The notes under the pieces: generated by a model | What the model was told of the DNA's origin: nothing | The model's database searches: none | Seen by the model: the letters and a program-made list of their open reading frames with translations, nothing else | Virus record (IMG/VR): IMGVR_UViG_3300008110_000322 | Location: 4,494-68,493 of that record | Length of the DNA: 64,000 nucleotides | Direction: 5' to 3' (one strand) | Origin: a virus | Made by a program: the position numbers and the translations under genes | In this document: positions 39,686 through 49,800 of the stretch, piece by piece | Numbering within the stretch: position 1 is the stretch's first letter | Layout of the letters: each line of letters opens with the position of its first letter

Positions 39686-41304
39686 AGATCTTTGTATTTG
39701 GTGCAAGTGGGATGTTAGGCCAATACCTAACAAAATATCTTTCCTATTATTTTGAAGTAATCCCTATTACCCGCTATGAAATAGATCTGAGTAAAGAGAT
39801 ATCATCAATTACTCAAAAATATACTTTTAATAGCTCTGACGTAATTATCAATGCAGCCGGCGTCATTAAGCAAAGAGACTATTCTTCTGAAGAGTTGATT
39901 AGAGTTAATAGTCTATTTCCTCATTTCTTAGCTAGGCTCGGGTGTAATGTCATTCATATTACGACTGATTGTGTATTCAGCGGTAATACGGGCCACTATG
40001 ATGAGGATTCCCCTCACGACTGTATAGATGACTACGGTAAAAGTAAGTCTTTAGGTGAATGTAAAGAATTAACAGTAATTCGCACATCTATAATTGGCGA
40101 AGAGGTAAACAATAAAAAGTCTTTACTTGAAGTAATTAGGTCAAATAAACATTCTACCATTAATGGGTTTATCAACCATTTTTGGAATGGAATAACGTGC
40201 CTAGAACTTGCAAAACAGATCCGTAGCATTATTGAATCAAAATCCTACTGGAAAGGTGTAAGGCATTTCCACTCGCCCGACACTGTGAGTAAATTTCAGT
40301 TAGTATCTTATATTAACGAAATCTACGAATTAGGTAATAAGGTCAACCCTGTAATGGTAGATCATTGTGATAGAAGTTTATCTACAAAATATATTAATCC
40401 AGTCAAGACTACCATAGAAGCTCAAATTATTGAATTAAGAAACTTTGGAATTCCATATAAAGTTGAAGAACTTAGTATACAAGAAAAATTAGAAGGTTTT
40501 CCATCTGTAAACTTCATTAGTATTCCAGAATCCAAAGAAAGAAGAGTAAAATTGTGTGATACTTTATTGAGGTACGGAGTAAAGACCGTAAGGCCATATA
40601 TTTACGAAAGATACAAAAGTGGAGATCATAAAATAATATATCCTGACCCTAAAGAGCTGCCGGATTACAAATATGTGTTCCCGGATGCATGTATGGGAGC
40701 TTTTACTTCACACTTAAAAGCCATCAAAACTTGGTATGAATCTACCACTGAAGAATACGCTTTTTTCTGTGAAGATGATATTTCTTTTGAGACGGTTAAA
40801 TATTGGAACTTTACTTGGAAGCAATTTTTTAACAATCTCCCTAAAGATTGGGAATGTATTCAATTGTCCCTAGTTAGAGTTTTTCCAACTATGTTTGTAT
40901 TTTTTGATAAGGGAGTAAAACTTAGGGATAGGTGTTGGTGTGATTGGTCTGCTTGTGGATACTTGATTACCCGTGATAGAGCAAGAAAACTTCTTAATAC
41001 TTACTACAACGGTGATACTTTTGTTTGGGATTATAGAGGATCTGATAAACAACTTAGAAAAGAACAACATAATCAAACATGGCCTTACGAGCCGGGAATT
41101 GAAACCATACTTTTCAGTATCTTAGAGGATAAACCAGTTTATACTTTCCCTCTTTTGGTATTTGATGCTGAAGCCGATACAACAGTTTGGGGAGAGGATG
41201 AGAATCAAAAAAATATGTTCTCATATTCCCACATAGCTATTATGAATTGGTGGAAAACAAAAGGAAAGTCCTTGAGTATAAAGGATATTAGCAAACAAAC
41301 ATAA
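39682..41304 (+). CDS. RmlD-like NDP-4-keto-6-deoxyhexose reductase fused to GT25-like glycosyltransferase
   Basis: N-terminus: VFGASGMLG, INAAG, HITTDCVFSG, YGKSK, RTSIIG. C-terminus: FISIPESKERR, GAFTSHLKAI, FCEDD, LPKDWECIQL. Confidence 0.8.
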   Translation: MKIFVFGASGMLGQYLTKYLSYYFEVIPITRYEIDLSKEISSITQKYTFNSSDVIINAAGVIKQRDYSSEELIRVNSLFPHFLARLGCNVIHITTDCVFSGNTGHYDEDSPHDCIDDYGKSKSLGECKELTVIRTSIIGEEVNNKKSLLEVIRSNKHSTINGFINHFWNGITCLELAKQIRSIIESKSYWKGVRHFHSPDTVSKFQLVSYINEIYELGNKVNPVMVDHCDRSLSTKYINPVKTTIEAQIIELRNFGIPYKVEELSIQEKLEGFPSVNFISIPESKERRVKLCDTLLRYGVKTVRPYIYERYKSGDHKIIYPDPKELPDYKYVFPDACMGAFTSHLKAIKTWYESTTEEYAFFCEDDISFETVKYWNFTWKQFFNNLPKDWECIQLSLVRVFPTMFVFFDKGVKLRDRCWCDWSACGYLITRDRARKLLNTYYNGDTFVWDYRGSDKQLRKEQHNQTWPYEPGIETILFSILEDKPVYTFPLLVFDAEADTTVWGEDENQKNMFSYSHIAIMNWWKTKGKSLSIKDISKQT

Positions 41305-41311
41305 TGTTTAT

Positions 41312-41318
41312 CTAAATA
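41312..41318 (+). promoter_or_regulatory. late promoter (CTAAATA)
   Basis: Intergenic, 18 nt before the 41337 ATG. Confidence 0.7.
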
Positions 41319-41336
41319 AAACAAAAACATACTATT

Positions 41337-41486
41337 ATGGAAGACCTACTTGATCTAATGATTGCTGATGAATCTCCATCAGAAATTAGTGATACTATCA
41401 AAGATATTCTATTTGCAAAAGCTGCCGATAAGATTGACGGTTATCGCCCAGAAGTAGCACAAGCACTATTTGCAAGTAATGACTGA
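41337..41486 (+). CDS. 49-aa small protein (type normally found directly after g20; possible prohead core component)
   Basis: MEDLLDLMIADESPSEISDTIKDILFAKAADKIDGYRPEVAQALFASND*; not in the ORF track. Confidence 0.7.
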   Translation: MEDLLDLMIADESPSEISDTIKDILFAKAADKIDGYRPEVAQALFASND

Positions 41487-42168
41487 TTTGGAGGATCTTT
41501 CTTCCTTCTTTCAGACAGTTGCAATTGCCAAGAAAAAGAAAAGAGAAGAAATAGATAAACTTGTATCTACGTCTTTTGATGATCTTTTCCTGCAGCCACT
41601 CAAAGAGCAAATAAAGACTTCTCCCGAAAAGGTTATAGTAGAAGAGGTTGTTGTTGAGGATACTAAGCCGCAATTAATTGAGCAGTCAATTAAGAAATTA
41701 GATGAATCCTTAGCCGAACCTCCTCAGGTAAAGAATTCAGATCCTTTAACTCCCGTAAATCAAAAGTTTGCTACTTTAGAAGATCTTAATCGTCATTATA
41801 GTCTCTTTATTGGTAGAATTCAACAACAACTCGCCACTTTAGGCGGTGGTGGTGAAACTAATCTAGCTTTTATGGACGTTCCGATTACAACGGTAACGTC
41901 TAGCAGCTACCAGATAGGATATTCTGATTATTATATTGGGGTTAACTATGCTGGAGCGGTGACAATTACTTTGCCAAAAGCTGACAGGCAAGGAAAGAAG
42001 TTTGTGGTGAAGGACGAATTAGGAGAAGCATCTAAAGGTCAAAATCGTCATATTACTATATTACCTTACGGATCTGATCTGATTGATGGTAGAGATAAAG
42101 CTATAATCGCATATGATTATGGATCATTGACTTTTATTTGGAAAGACGGTAGTTGGAGAGTTGTTTAA
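41479..42168 (+). CDS. hypothetical virion protein with fibre-type C-terminal beta domain
   Basis: Helical N-terminus, QQQLATLGGGGE linker, C-terminal DYYIGVN..VTITLP..VVKDE..IDG..GSW domain; ATG at 41479. Confidence 0.7.
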   Translation: MTDLEDLSSFFQTVAIAKKKKREEIDKLVSTSFDDLFLQPLKEQIKTSPEKVIVEEVVVEDTKPQLIEQSIKKLDESLAEPPQVKNSDPLTPVNQKFATLEDLNRHYSLFIGRIQQQLATLGGGGETNLAFMDVPITTVTSSSYQIGYSDYYIGVNYAGAVTITLPKADRQGKKFVVKDELGEASKGQNRHITILPYGSDLIDGRDKAIIAYDYGSLTFIWKDGSWRVV

Positions 42169-43419
42169 ATGTCGCATCTATATGAACCATTCAAGCCAGA
42201 TTCAGATGCATTTGGTAGATTAAGAATATCAAATCCCTATACTTTAGGCGATTACAAACATCTTTATGCTATTGATCCAGATTTCGTAGATATTAAGGTT
42301 GGCACTGGCGCAACTGTAATTTTTGACGTTAATCAAGCAGCGGCAATTTTAAACTCTGGTATTAGTACAGACGGGTATTGTATTCACCAGACAAAGCGAT
42401 ATCATCACTATATGCCAGGTAAATCTCAATTGATTTACTCTACCTTTAATTTTGGTGATGAGCAGCAAAATGTTTATAAGAGAACTGGCTATTTTGACGA
42501 TAGGGATGGAATTTTCTTTGAGCAAGCCCCGGATGGTACTCTAAGTTTTGTTATCAGGTCTTATGTAACTGGTATTGCTTCGGATAGAAGAGTTACTCAA
42601 TCTGAATGGAATAAGGATCGGTTAACAGGGCAAGACCCCTCAGGGTTTACATTAGATATTACTAAAACTCAACTATTCTTTACTGATTTTGAATGGTTGG
42701 GTGTTGGTAGAGTTCGTTGTGGATTTGCAATTGATGGAAAGAATGTGGTATGTCATGAATTTTATAATGCAAACCAGCTTCCAACAGTTTATATGGCTAA
42801 TCCGAATCTTCCCGTAAGATGTGAAGTTAGGAATGTTGGCCCACAAGTAGGTATTGGTGGATCTTTTATTCAGATTTGCTCTACCGTAATGAGTGAAGGT
42901 GGTTATACCGAGGCAGGTAGAGAATTTTCACACACAACTAATCTTAGGGCTGTCGGGGTTGGTACTACTGTTCCCATTATGGCTATTAGACTTAAAAATT
43001 CATTTAAGGGATACCCAAATAGGGCAACAGTAAGACTGGAAGATATTTCTGTCTTCAGTAGCGGTTCAAACGTAAAGTATGAGGTAGTGAAATTAAGAAG
43101 TTCTGTTGGGATTAATTCTACCGGAACTTGGGTTTCAGAAAATACTGAATCTGTGGTTGAATATAATGAATCTGCTACTGGAATTAGTACGGTTTACTTT
43201 GAGGACTTTATGGGTGGATACGCTGCAGGGGACAGCCAAAATACACAAAAACCATCTGCGACAACAGCGGATGTTCAATCCGGTCCAATATCAAAGAAAA
43301 ATTATTTAACTCAAAACTTTGATTCAACGGATTCTGAAATCTTTTCAGTCCGCGTAAGTAATCTTGGAGCAGATGCTGCTAATGTGGGTGTATCTATTAG
43401 GTGGAAAGAGATTTATTGA
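42169..43419 (+). CDS. putative virion structural protein (beta-rich)
   Basis: DAFGRLRISNPYTL, YMPGKSQ and DFEWLGVGRVRCGF motifs recalled from phage structural hypotheticals. Confidence 0.65.
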   Translation: MSHLYEPFKPDSDAFGRLRISNPYTLGDYKHLYAIDPDFVDIKVGTGATVIFDVNQAAAILNSGISTDGYCIHQTKRYHHYMPGKSQLIYSTFNFGDEQQNVYKRTGYFDDRDGIFFEQAPDGTLSFVIRSYVTGIASDRRVTQSEWNKDRLTGQDPSGFTLDITKTQLFFTDFEWLGVGRVRCGFAIDGKNVVCHEFYNANQLPTVYMANPNLPVRCEVRNVGPQVGIGGSFIQICSTVMSEGGYTEAGREFSHTTNLRAVGVGTTVPIMAIRLKNSFKGYPNRATVRLEDISVFSSGSNVKYEVVKLRSSVGINSTGTWVSENTESVVEYNESATGISTVYFEDFMGGYAAGDSQNTQKPSATTADVQSGPISKKNYLTQNFDSTDSEIFSVRVSNLGADAANVGVSIRWKEIY

Positions 43420-43425
43420 TTTTAT

Positions 43426-43432
43426 CTAAATA
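43426..43432 (+). promoter_or_regulatory. late promoter (CTAAATA)
   Basis: Intergenic motif. Confidence 0.65.
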
Positions 43433-43455
43433 CTTATAAAGTAAACCTTACGTAA

Positions 43456-43791
43456 ATGGCTGTATCCGAGGTTACAAACCTAATCATCTATAAGGGTGCA
43501 GACTTTGATGTTGAGTTTGATATTTTTCAAGCTGACAACAGCGAGCTTATTCTCAATAACTTGGGAACTAGTTTTGCCACCATTAGAAAATTTCCTAAAT
43601 CTCAGGTATTTGAAAATTTTGATGTTGAAATTCCACCATCCACTGGAACTGTTAAGTTGAGCCTGACTCCAGAGCAAACTTCCAATCTAGAGACTGGTAG
43701 GAATTATTTTGATGTTATTTTAACCATTAGTGGAAAAAGAATCCCCGTTCTTAAAGGTTCCGCGATTGTGGAGGATAGTTGCTCTGTATGA
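43456..43791 (+). CDS. small Ig-like/BppU-N-like virion protein
   Basis: NLIIYKGADF...GTVKLSLTPEQTSNLETGRNYFDV..VLKGSAIV pattern. Confidence 0.65.
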   Translation: MAVSEVTNLIIYKGADFDVEFDIFQADNSELILNNLGTSFATIRKFPKSQVFENFDVEIPPSTGTVKLSLTPEQTSNLETGRNYFDVILTISGKRIPVLKGSAIVEDSCSV

Positions 43792-44120
43792 GTTATAAAG
43801 TAAAGCTATCTTCAGGAAACAACTATAAAGTAAAGTTGTCCTCTAATGATGACCTCAAAACCAAAATTTCCTATCAAATTAATCTATTGCCAATGAACCT
43901 AAACGATTTAACAGACGTTACTATCAGAGGAAACATTGACAATTATGTATTGATGTACGACGCTGATCTAGGACAGTGGGTTGACAAAAATCCTGATGAA
44001 GTATTGTCTGCTGCGGTTGAAGACCAGACTCCAGGGTATGAAGGGCTTCCTGCTAACTTTATTAACCAACTAGTATTAGATTTAGATAATAAGATTAGTA
44101 TTGATGCTGGTGAATACTAA
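43788..44120 (+). CDS. hypothetical fibre-associated protein
   Basis: LNDLTDV..VLMYDADLGQW fibre motif and IDAGEY end; ATGA overlap at 43788. Confidence 0.6.
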   Translation: MSYKVKLSSGNNYKVKLSSNDDLKTKISYQINLLPMNLNDLTDVTIRGNIDNYVLMYDADLGQWVDKNPDEVLSAAVEDQTPGYEGLPANFINQLVLDLDNKISIDAGEY

Positions 44121-44147
44121 ATAATAAAAAGCCTTTACATAAAGGCT
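44117..44147 (+). promoter_or_regulatory. late promoter followed by a leader hairpin
   Basis: CTAAATA at 44117-44123; AGCCTTT-acat-AAAGGCT at 44130-44147. Confidence 0.55.
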
Positions 44148-44175
44148 ATATTTAGGTATATACCGAGCAAAAGGA

Positions 44176-46536
44176 ATGGCTGTTCCACCCTACATTAGAA
44201 TTAAAAGATCGGCTGTTCCTGGGAAAAAACCTACAGTAGAACAACTGCCTTTAGGTGAATTCGGTTTTAATACCTATGATGCTGAACTTTATGCCCGTAG
44301 AGAAAGGGCCGGCATAGGTACCGATATTGTAAGGATCGGTGTAGGGGCAACAGTTACCAATATTCTTTATGTTACACAAGACGGAAGCGATACAAACACA
44401 GGAAAAAAACTCGGAGACGCAAAAAGAACAATCGGAGCAGCCCTCACAGCAGCATCAACAGGAACAGTTATTAAAGTTAGTGCTGGATCTTACTTAGAGA
44501 ACAATCCTTTAATTATTCCAGAACAAGTTTCTATTGTTGGTGATAGCCTTAGAGAAGTATCAGTATCTCCGCAAAATGCGGATAAAGATCTGTTCTATGT
44601 TTCTAATGGAAACTATGTGGCCGAAATGTCCTATACCGGGACATTGAATTCAGGGAAGGCTATTTTTGCTTTTAATCCAAATAAAGTTGGATATATTAAT
44701 CAATCTCCATATATTCAAAATTGCACTAACTTCATTCCTAATAGTATTGGACTAAAGATTGATGGTTCAAAAGCAATAGGACCACTCAAATCCATGGTTC
44801 TTGATAGTTACACCCAATACAATCAAGGTGGTATTGGATGTTCTATTACCAATGAGGGGTATGCTCAATTGGTATCCATGTTTACTATTTGCAATGACAT
44901 TGCAATTTATTGTGGATCTGGTGCTGCCTGCGATTTAACCAACTCAAACTCTTCTTTTGGTAATTATGCTCTAGTTGCCGATGGAGTCAGTCCTGTAAAA
45001 TACACTGGAATAATTACATCCAGTGCTGGAGAAAATGCCGATACATTTACCTTAGATCTTAGCACTCCTACATTAAATATTGCAAGTGCAACATACGATA
45101 ATACCACAGGGATCCTAACGGCAACAACTAACTCTCCTCATAAGTTTTCCGTGGGAATGGGAGTATCCATTGTTGGTCTAGGATTTACCTGTTCTTCTGG
45201 TCCAGGCATTTTAACATACCCTTCAGGTAATAAAGGATATGTGTTTGAGACAAGAACCGTAGCTCCTGGCAGATTCGTTGATAGTTATAATTTAATTCAG
45301 GCAAATAGACAAGAAATCATTGATGGGGCTTATGATGCCATAAGCACAGCATACCCTTCTTTTATAAACCCAAGTCCTGACAAATGTAGAAGGGATTTGG
45401 GTTATATTGTAGATGCAGTGTCTTTGGATGTGAGGGACTATACCAGCAGAAATACCATAGATTCAACTAGGGCCTATTTTAATCTTAGTGGCGCCTTATT
45501 GAGCAGTGGTCTGCAGGGAGAAATTCCCCAAACTATAACGGCATTTACTACAGCTAGAGACTTAATGAAGCTGGCTGTTACCAATAATTTAACGCAAAAA
45601 GATTTAACACTACCAAATGACCCATTAACTGGTAGTAATACTAGCACCAGTTCTTGTGCTAACGTTCAGTCTTTTATTGATAATTTGGTTGGTATATTAA
45701 CCACTAGATTATCTGCTGGTGATATTAACGGAGTGAATGCCCTACCTGCAGTTTCATTGGCAAGTACAACATTTAGTGTATACGTTGGTGTGTCCACTCT
45801 TGCTCATACTTATAATTCTGGTGGAACAGTAAGGATTAATGCAGTAAGACCTTTTGATGGGCAGGTTGTTTATTTTGATAGATTGTACTATACGGTCGGT
45901 GGAATTGATATTGTTTCAGGTGGATCGGGTTATACGGGTAATCTTGACGTAATAATTGGAGAACCAGAAACTGCCTGGGGAATTCCTGCAACTGCAGTTG
46001 CTGAAGTTAAGAATGGTTCTGTTGTGGCTGTAGAAATGATCTCAAATGGTCGTGGATATACTTCCATACCATCCGTAACCTTTAGTTCTCCAGATGTTGG
46101 ATTTAATACTGCTGTAGGAACGGCAAATCTTGTTCCTAGTTATTATTCTATACAGAATTCAACCCCAGTATCTGCCGGAATTTGCACTATTACTATTACA
46201 GATAACGTACCTTATTCTGTAGGTGTAGGTACAGAGGTTCTATTTTTTAAACAAAGTAGGGTTTTAGCTTCTGGTCATTCCCTTGAATATATTGGTTCAG
46301 GTACAAATATTGCCACTGCTCTACCACAAAATGGTGGAGTGCCCGTACAGGCTAAAGAAGCAGATACCAGAAATGGTGGTCTAGTTGTATACACTTCAAC
46401 TGATCATTCCGGTAACTTTAGAATTGGTGATGGTGTTGTTATTAATCAGCAAACTGGAACTATTTCTGGTACTTTCTATTCAAAGAGTCTATTTTCAACA
46501 ATGACTCCGTTTATTCTTGCATTAGGAGGAGATTAA
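44176..46536 (+). CDS. tail fibre/spike-like protein with beta-helix (pectin-lyase-like) domain
   Basis: IRIKRSAVPGKKP..LPLGEFGFNTYD anchor; LYVTQDGSDTNTG..AKRTIGAAL..GSYLENNP..VGDSLR beta-helix start; SPYIQNCT. Confidence 0.75.
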   Translation: MAVPPYIRIKRSAVPGKKPTVEQLPLGEFGFNTYDAELYARRERAGIGTDIVRIGVGATVTNILYVTQDGSDTNTGKKLGDAKRTIGAALTAASTGTVIKVSAGSYLENNPLIIPEQVSIVGDSLREVSVSPQNADKDLFYVSNGNYVAEMSYTGTLNSGKAIFAFNPNKVGYINQSPYIQNCTNFIPNSIGLKIDGSKAIGPLKSMVLDSYTQYNQGGIGCSITNEGYAQLVSMFTICNDIAIYCGSGAACDLTNSNSSFGNYALVADGVSPVKYTGIITSSAGENADTFTLDLSTPTLNIASATYDNTTGILTATTNSPHKFSVGMGVSIVGLGFTCSSGPGILTYPSGNKGYVFETRTVAPGRFVDSYNLIQANRQEIIDGAYDAISTAYPSFINPSPDKCRRDLGYIVDAVSLDVRDYTSRNTIDSTRAYFNLSGALLSSGLQGEIPQTITAFTTARDLMKLAVTNNLTQKDLTLPNDPLTGSNTSTSSCANVQSFIDNLVGILTTRLSAGDINGVNALPAVSLASTTFSVYVGVSTLAHTYNSGGTVRINAVRPFDGQVVYFDRLYYTVGGIDIVSGGSGYTGNLDVIIGEPETAWGIPATAVAEVKNGSVVAVEMISNGRGYTSIPSVTFSSPDVGFNTAVGTANLVPSYYSIQNSTPVSAGICTITITDNVPYSVGVGTEVLFFKQSRVLASGHSLEYIGSGTNIATALPQNGGVPVQAKEADTRNGGLVVYTSTDHSGNFRIGDGVVINQQTGTISGTFYSKSLFSTMTPFILALGGD

Positions 46537-46540
46537 TAGA

Positions 46541-46882
46541 ATGGCATTAGCTCTTAACGTTTTCAGGACAGTAACTACAATAGTACCAACATCCCAAGTT
46601 GGAATCTACACTGCTCCCGTTGGTTATACGGGTGTAGTCCTATTGGCTCAGGTAGCCAATATCGGTAATACATCTGCGGATATTTCTTTTTCCCACCAAA
46701 GATCTGTAGCTGGCATTGCAGTAACAACAGAAATGCTGAAAAATTATCCTATTTCCGCTAATGATACTGCAAATCTTTTAGCTGGAAAATTAGTGTTAGA
46801 AAGTGGAGATAAATTAGTTATATCTGGTAGTAATAACACCAATCTTAAATTCATCTCAAGTATTCTAGAAACTCTTAACTAA
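46541..46882 (+). CDS. small virion structural protein
   Basis: IYTAPVGYTGVVLLAQVAN..GKLVLESGD..SILET; AGGAGGAG RBS upstream. Confidence 0.65.
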   Translation: MALALNVFRTVTTIVPTSQVGIYTAPVGYTGVVLLAQVANIGNTSADISFSHQRSVAGIAVTTEMLKNYPISANDTANLLAGKLVLESGDKLVISGSNNTNLKFISSILETLN

Positions 46883-46887
46883 TAAAA

Positions 46888-49800
46888 ATGTCAAAGTATC
46901 TCAGTAACCGTCAAAAAAATCTAAAGATTGGCATTAGTTCTTATACTGAATCACAAACAGTATTAGAGGTTACTGGTAATACACTAGTTACTGGTGTTTC
47001 TACAATATCAGCAAATAGTTCTACTGATGCATTAAGAATTACTCAAACTGGAACTGGTAATGCTCTGGTTGTTGAAGATAGCACTAATCCAGATTCAACT
47101 CCTTTTGTTGTTACCGCTACAGGTTCTGTTGGTATTGGAACTACAAACCCAGAAGGAACTGGATCTGTATCATTATCTGGAATTGCCTTAGCAGTAAGAG
47201 GTACTGGATTTTTTAAAGATATCAGAATAGGAAATGCACACCCAAATCAATTTTTCCAAAGAATATCTGCCGAAGGCAACACAGGAATAAATTTTGAGGC
47301 TTATGGTAATTATGTTGGAGGATTTTATAGTACAGATTATCCTTTAGGTCTTCAGTTAAGAAATACTTCGGCATTATATTGGTCTAATACTACTTCGGCA
47401 GCATTAGCAGGAAATGCTGATCTTTACTTATATCGTGATAGTAGCGGAGTATTAGCACAAAGAAATGTCGGAGTAGGTCAGACCTTCCGCATATACAATA
47501 CTTTTACGGGAGTAACAACCAACTTTGAGAGAGCAAATCTTGGTTGGAATAATAATGTCTTTATTGTAGGAACTGAAAAAGGTTCTTCAATTGGAACTGC
47601 AAGACAAATGGAGTTCCAAACCGATGGAACCACCAGAGTTGCTATTACTACTACAGGTCTTGTTGGTGTTGGTACTACTAATGCCACTCAATCTTTAGAC
47701 GTTAATGGTAACGTAAGAGTACGGGGTGGTATAGTTGATAGTAATAATCAAATAGGACTAGCCGGCTCTATTCTGATATCTACTGGTATCGGAATAAGTT
47801 GGACAACTCCAGAAGCTGGGCTTAGTGTTCAGGGTTCACAAGGTACAACTGGCAGCCAAGGATCTCAGGGAACTCAAGGTAGTTTAGGAGTACAAGGATC
47901 TCAAGGAACCCAAGGTTTACAAGGTGTTCAAGGAACTCAAGGTGGATTAGGATCTCAGGGCTCAATTGGCGCTCAAGGTGTTCAAGGAAGAATTGGGGCT
48001 CAAGGTATTCAAGGTTCCCAAGGTGGACTAGGTTCACAGGGGGCTCAAGGTGGTCAAGGTTCAATTGGTGTTCAGGGAGCGCAAGGAACATTAGGCGCTC
48101 AAGGTGTTCAAGGAAATACTGGATCCCAAGGTGGTACTGGTTCGCAGGGAAGCCAGGGTTTATTAGGTTCTCAAGGCAGTCAAGGAACAACAGGTGCTCA
48201 GGGTTCTATAGGAGCACAAGGATTACAAGGAATTCAAGGTACCCAAGGTGGTTTAGCTGCTCAAGGTTCTCAGGGAACTCAAGGTGGATTAGGTGCTCAA
48301 GGTAGCCAAGGTGTCCAAGGTAGACAAGGGGCTATTGGTGCTCAGGGGTCTCAGGGTGTTCAGGGTGGTCTAAGTGCTCAAGGTGCCGCCGGTAGTCAGG
48401 GTGCCCAAGGTGGATTAGGTGCTCAAGGTATTCAAGGCGGTTTAAGTGCTCAAGGTGCCGCCGGTAGTCAGGGTGCCCAAGGTGGATTAGGTGCTCAAGG
48501 ATCCCAAGGTTCTCAAGGTGGGCTAGGTTCACAAGGTTCAACTGGAGCCCAAGGTTTACAGGGAACAAGCGGAACTCAGGGTAGCCAAGGAACTCAGGGT
48601 GGATTAGGTTCACAAGGTAGTCAGGGTACTCAAGGTGTCCAAGGTGGATTAAGCGCTCAAGGTACAGCAGGTAGTCAGGGTGCCCAAGGTGGATTAGGTA
48701 CTCAGGGGTCTCAGGGTGTCCAAGGTATTCAAGGAAGACAGGGAGCTATTGGGCCTCAGGGTCTTCAAGGTATTCAGGGTGGGCTGGCTGCTCAAGGTGC
48801 TGCAGGTAGTCAAGGTCTGCAGGGTGTTCAAGGTGGTTTAGCTGCTCAAGGCGCTGCGGGAAGTCAAGGCGGATTAGGCGCTCAGGGGTCTCAGGGAACT
48901 CAAGGTATTCAAGGTGTTCAGGGTGGTCTAAGTGCTCAAGGAAGTGCTGGCAGTCAAGGTCTACAGGGGTCTCAGGGAACTCAGGGTGGATTAGGTTCAC
49001 AAGGTAGTCAAGGATCTCAAGGTGGATTAGGAGCCCAAGGCGTCCAAGGTGGTTTAAGCGCTCAAGGTGGATTAGGTGCTCAAGGTAGCCAAGGATCTCA
49101 AGGTGGATTAGGCGCCCAAGGATCTATAGGCAGCCAAGGTTCCGTTGGCAGTCAGGGAACTCAAGGATTACAGGGATCTCAGGGATCACAAGGTACTACT
49201 GGATCACAGGGCTCTACCGGAAGTCAAGGGACTCAGGGTGGGTTAGGCGCTCAGGGTGTTCAGGGTGGATTAAGTGCTCAAGGTATCCAAGGTACTCAGG
49301 GTATTATAGGCCCAAAGGGTAATGACGGTAGTTCTGTTTCAATTATAGGATCTGTTCCTGATGTTAATGTAGCTCCTCCCAATGATCCCCAACAAACTTT
49401 AAATACTGCTTTCCCCTCCGCAGTTGCTGGTAATGGAGTTATTGATGAGCTTACTGGAGATCTTTGGGTTTATACAGGAACTAGTTGGAATAATGTTGGT
49501 AATATTCGCGGTCCACAGGGAACTACAGGAAGTCAAGGTGCTCAAGGATCTCAGGGGACTATAGGTGCTCAAGGATTTTCAGGTTCTCAAGGTAGCCAAG
49601 GTGCTCAAGGTGGTCTAGGTGTTCAGGGTTCACAAGGTACAACAGGCGCTCAGGGCGCTTCTGGAAGCCAAGGATTACAAGGAACTCAGGGTGTTCAAGG
49701 CGGATTAAGTGCTCAAGGTGCTGCTGGGGCTCAGGGCCTTCAGGGTGCTCAAGGCCCACAAGGAAGACAGGGTGTTATCGGTCCTCAAGGATTACAGGGT

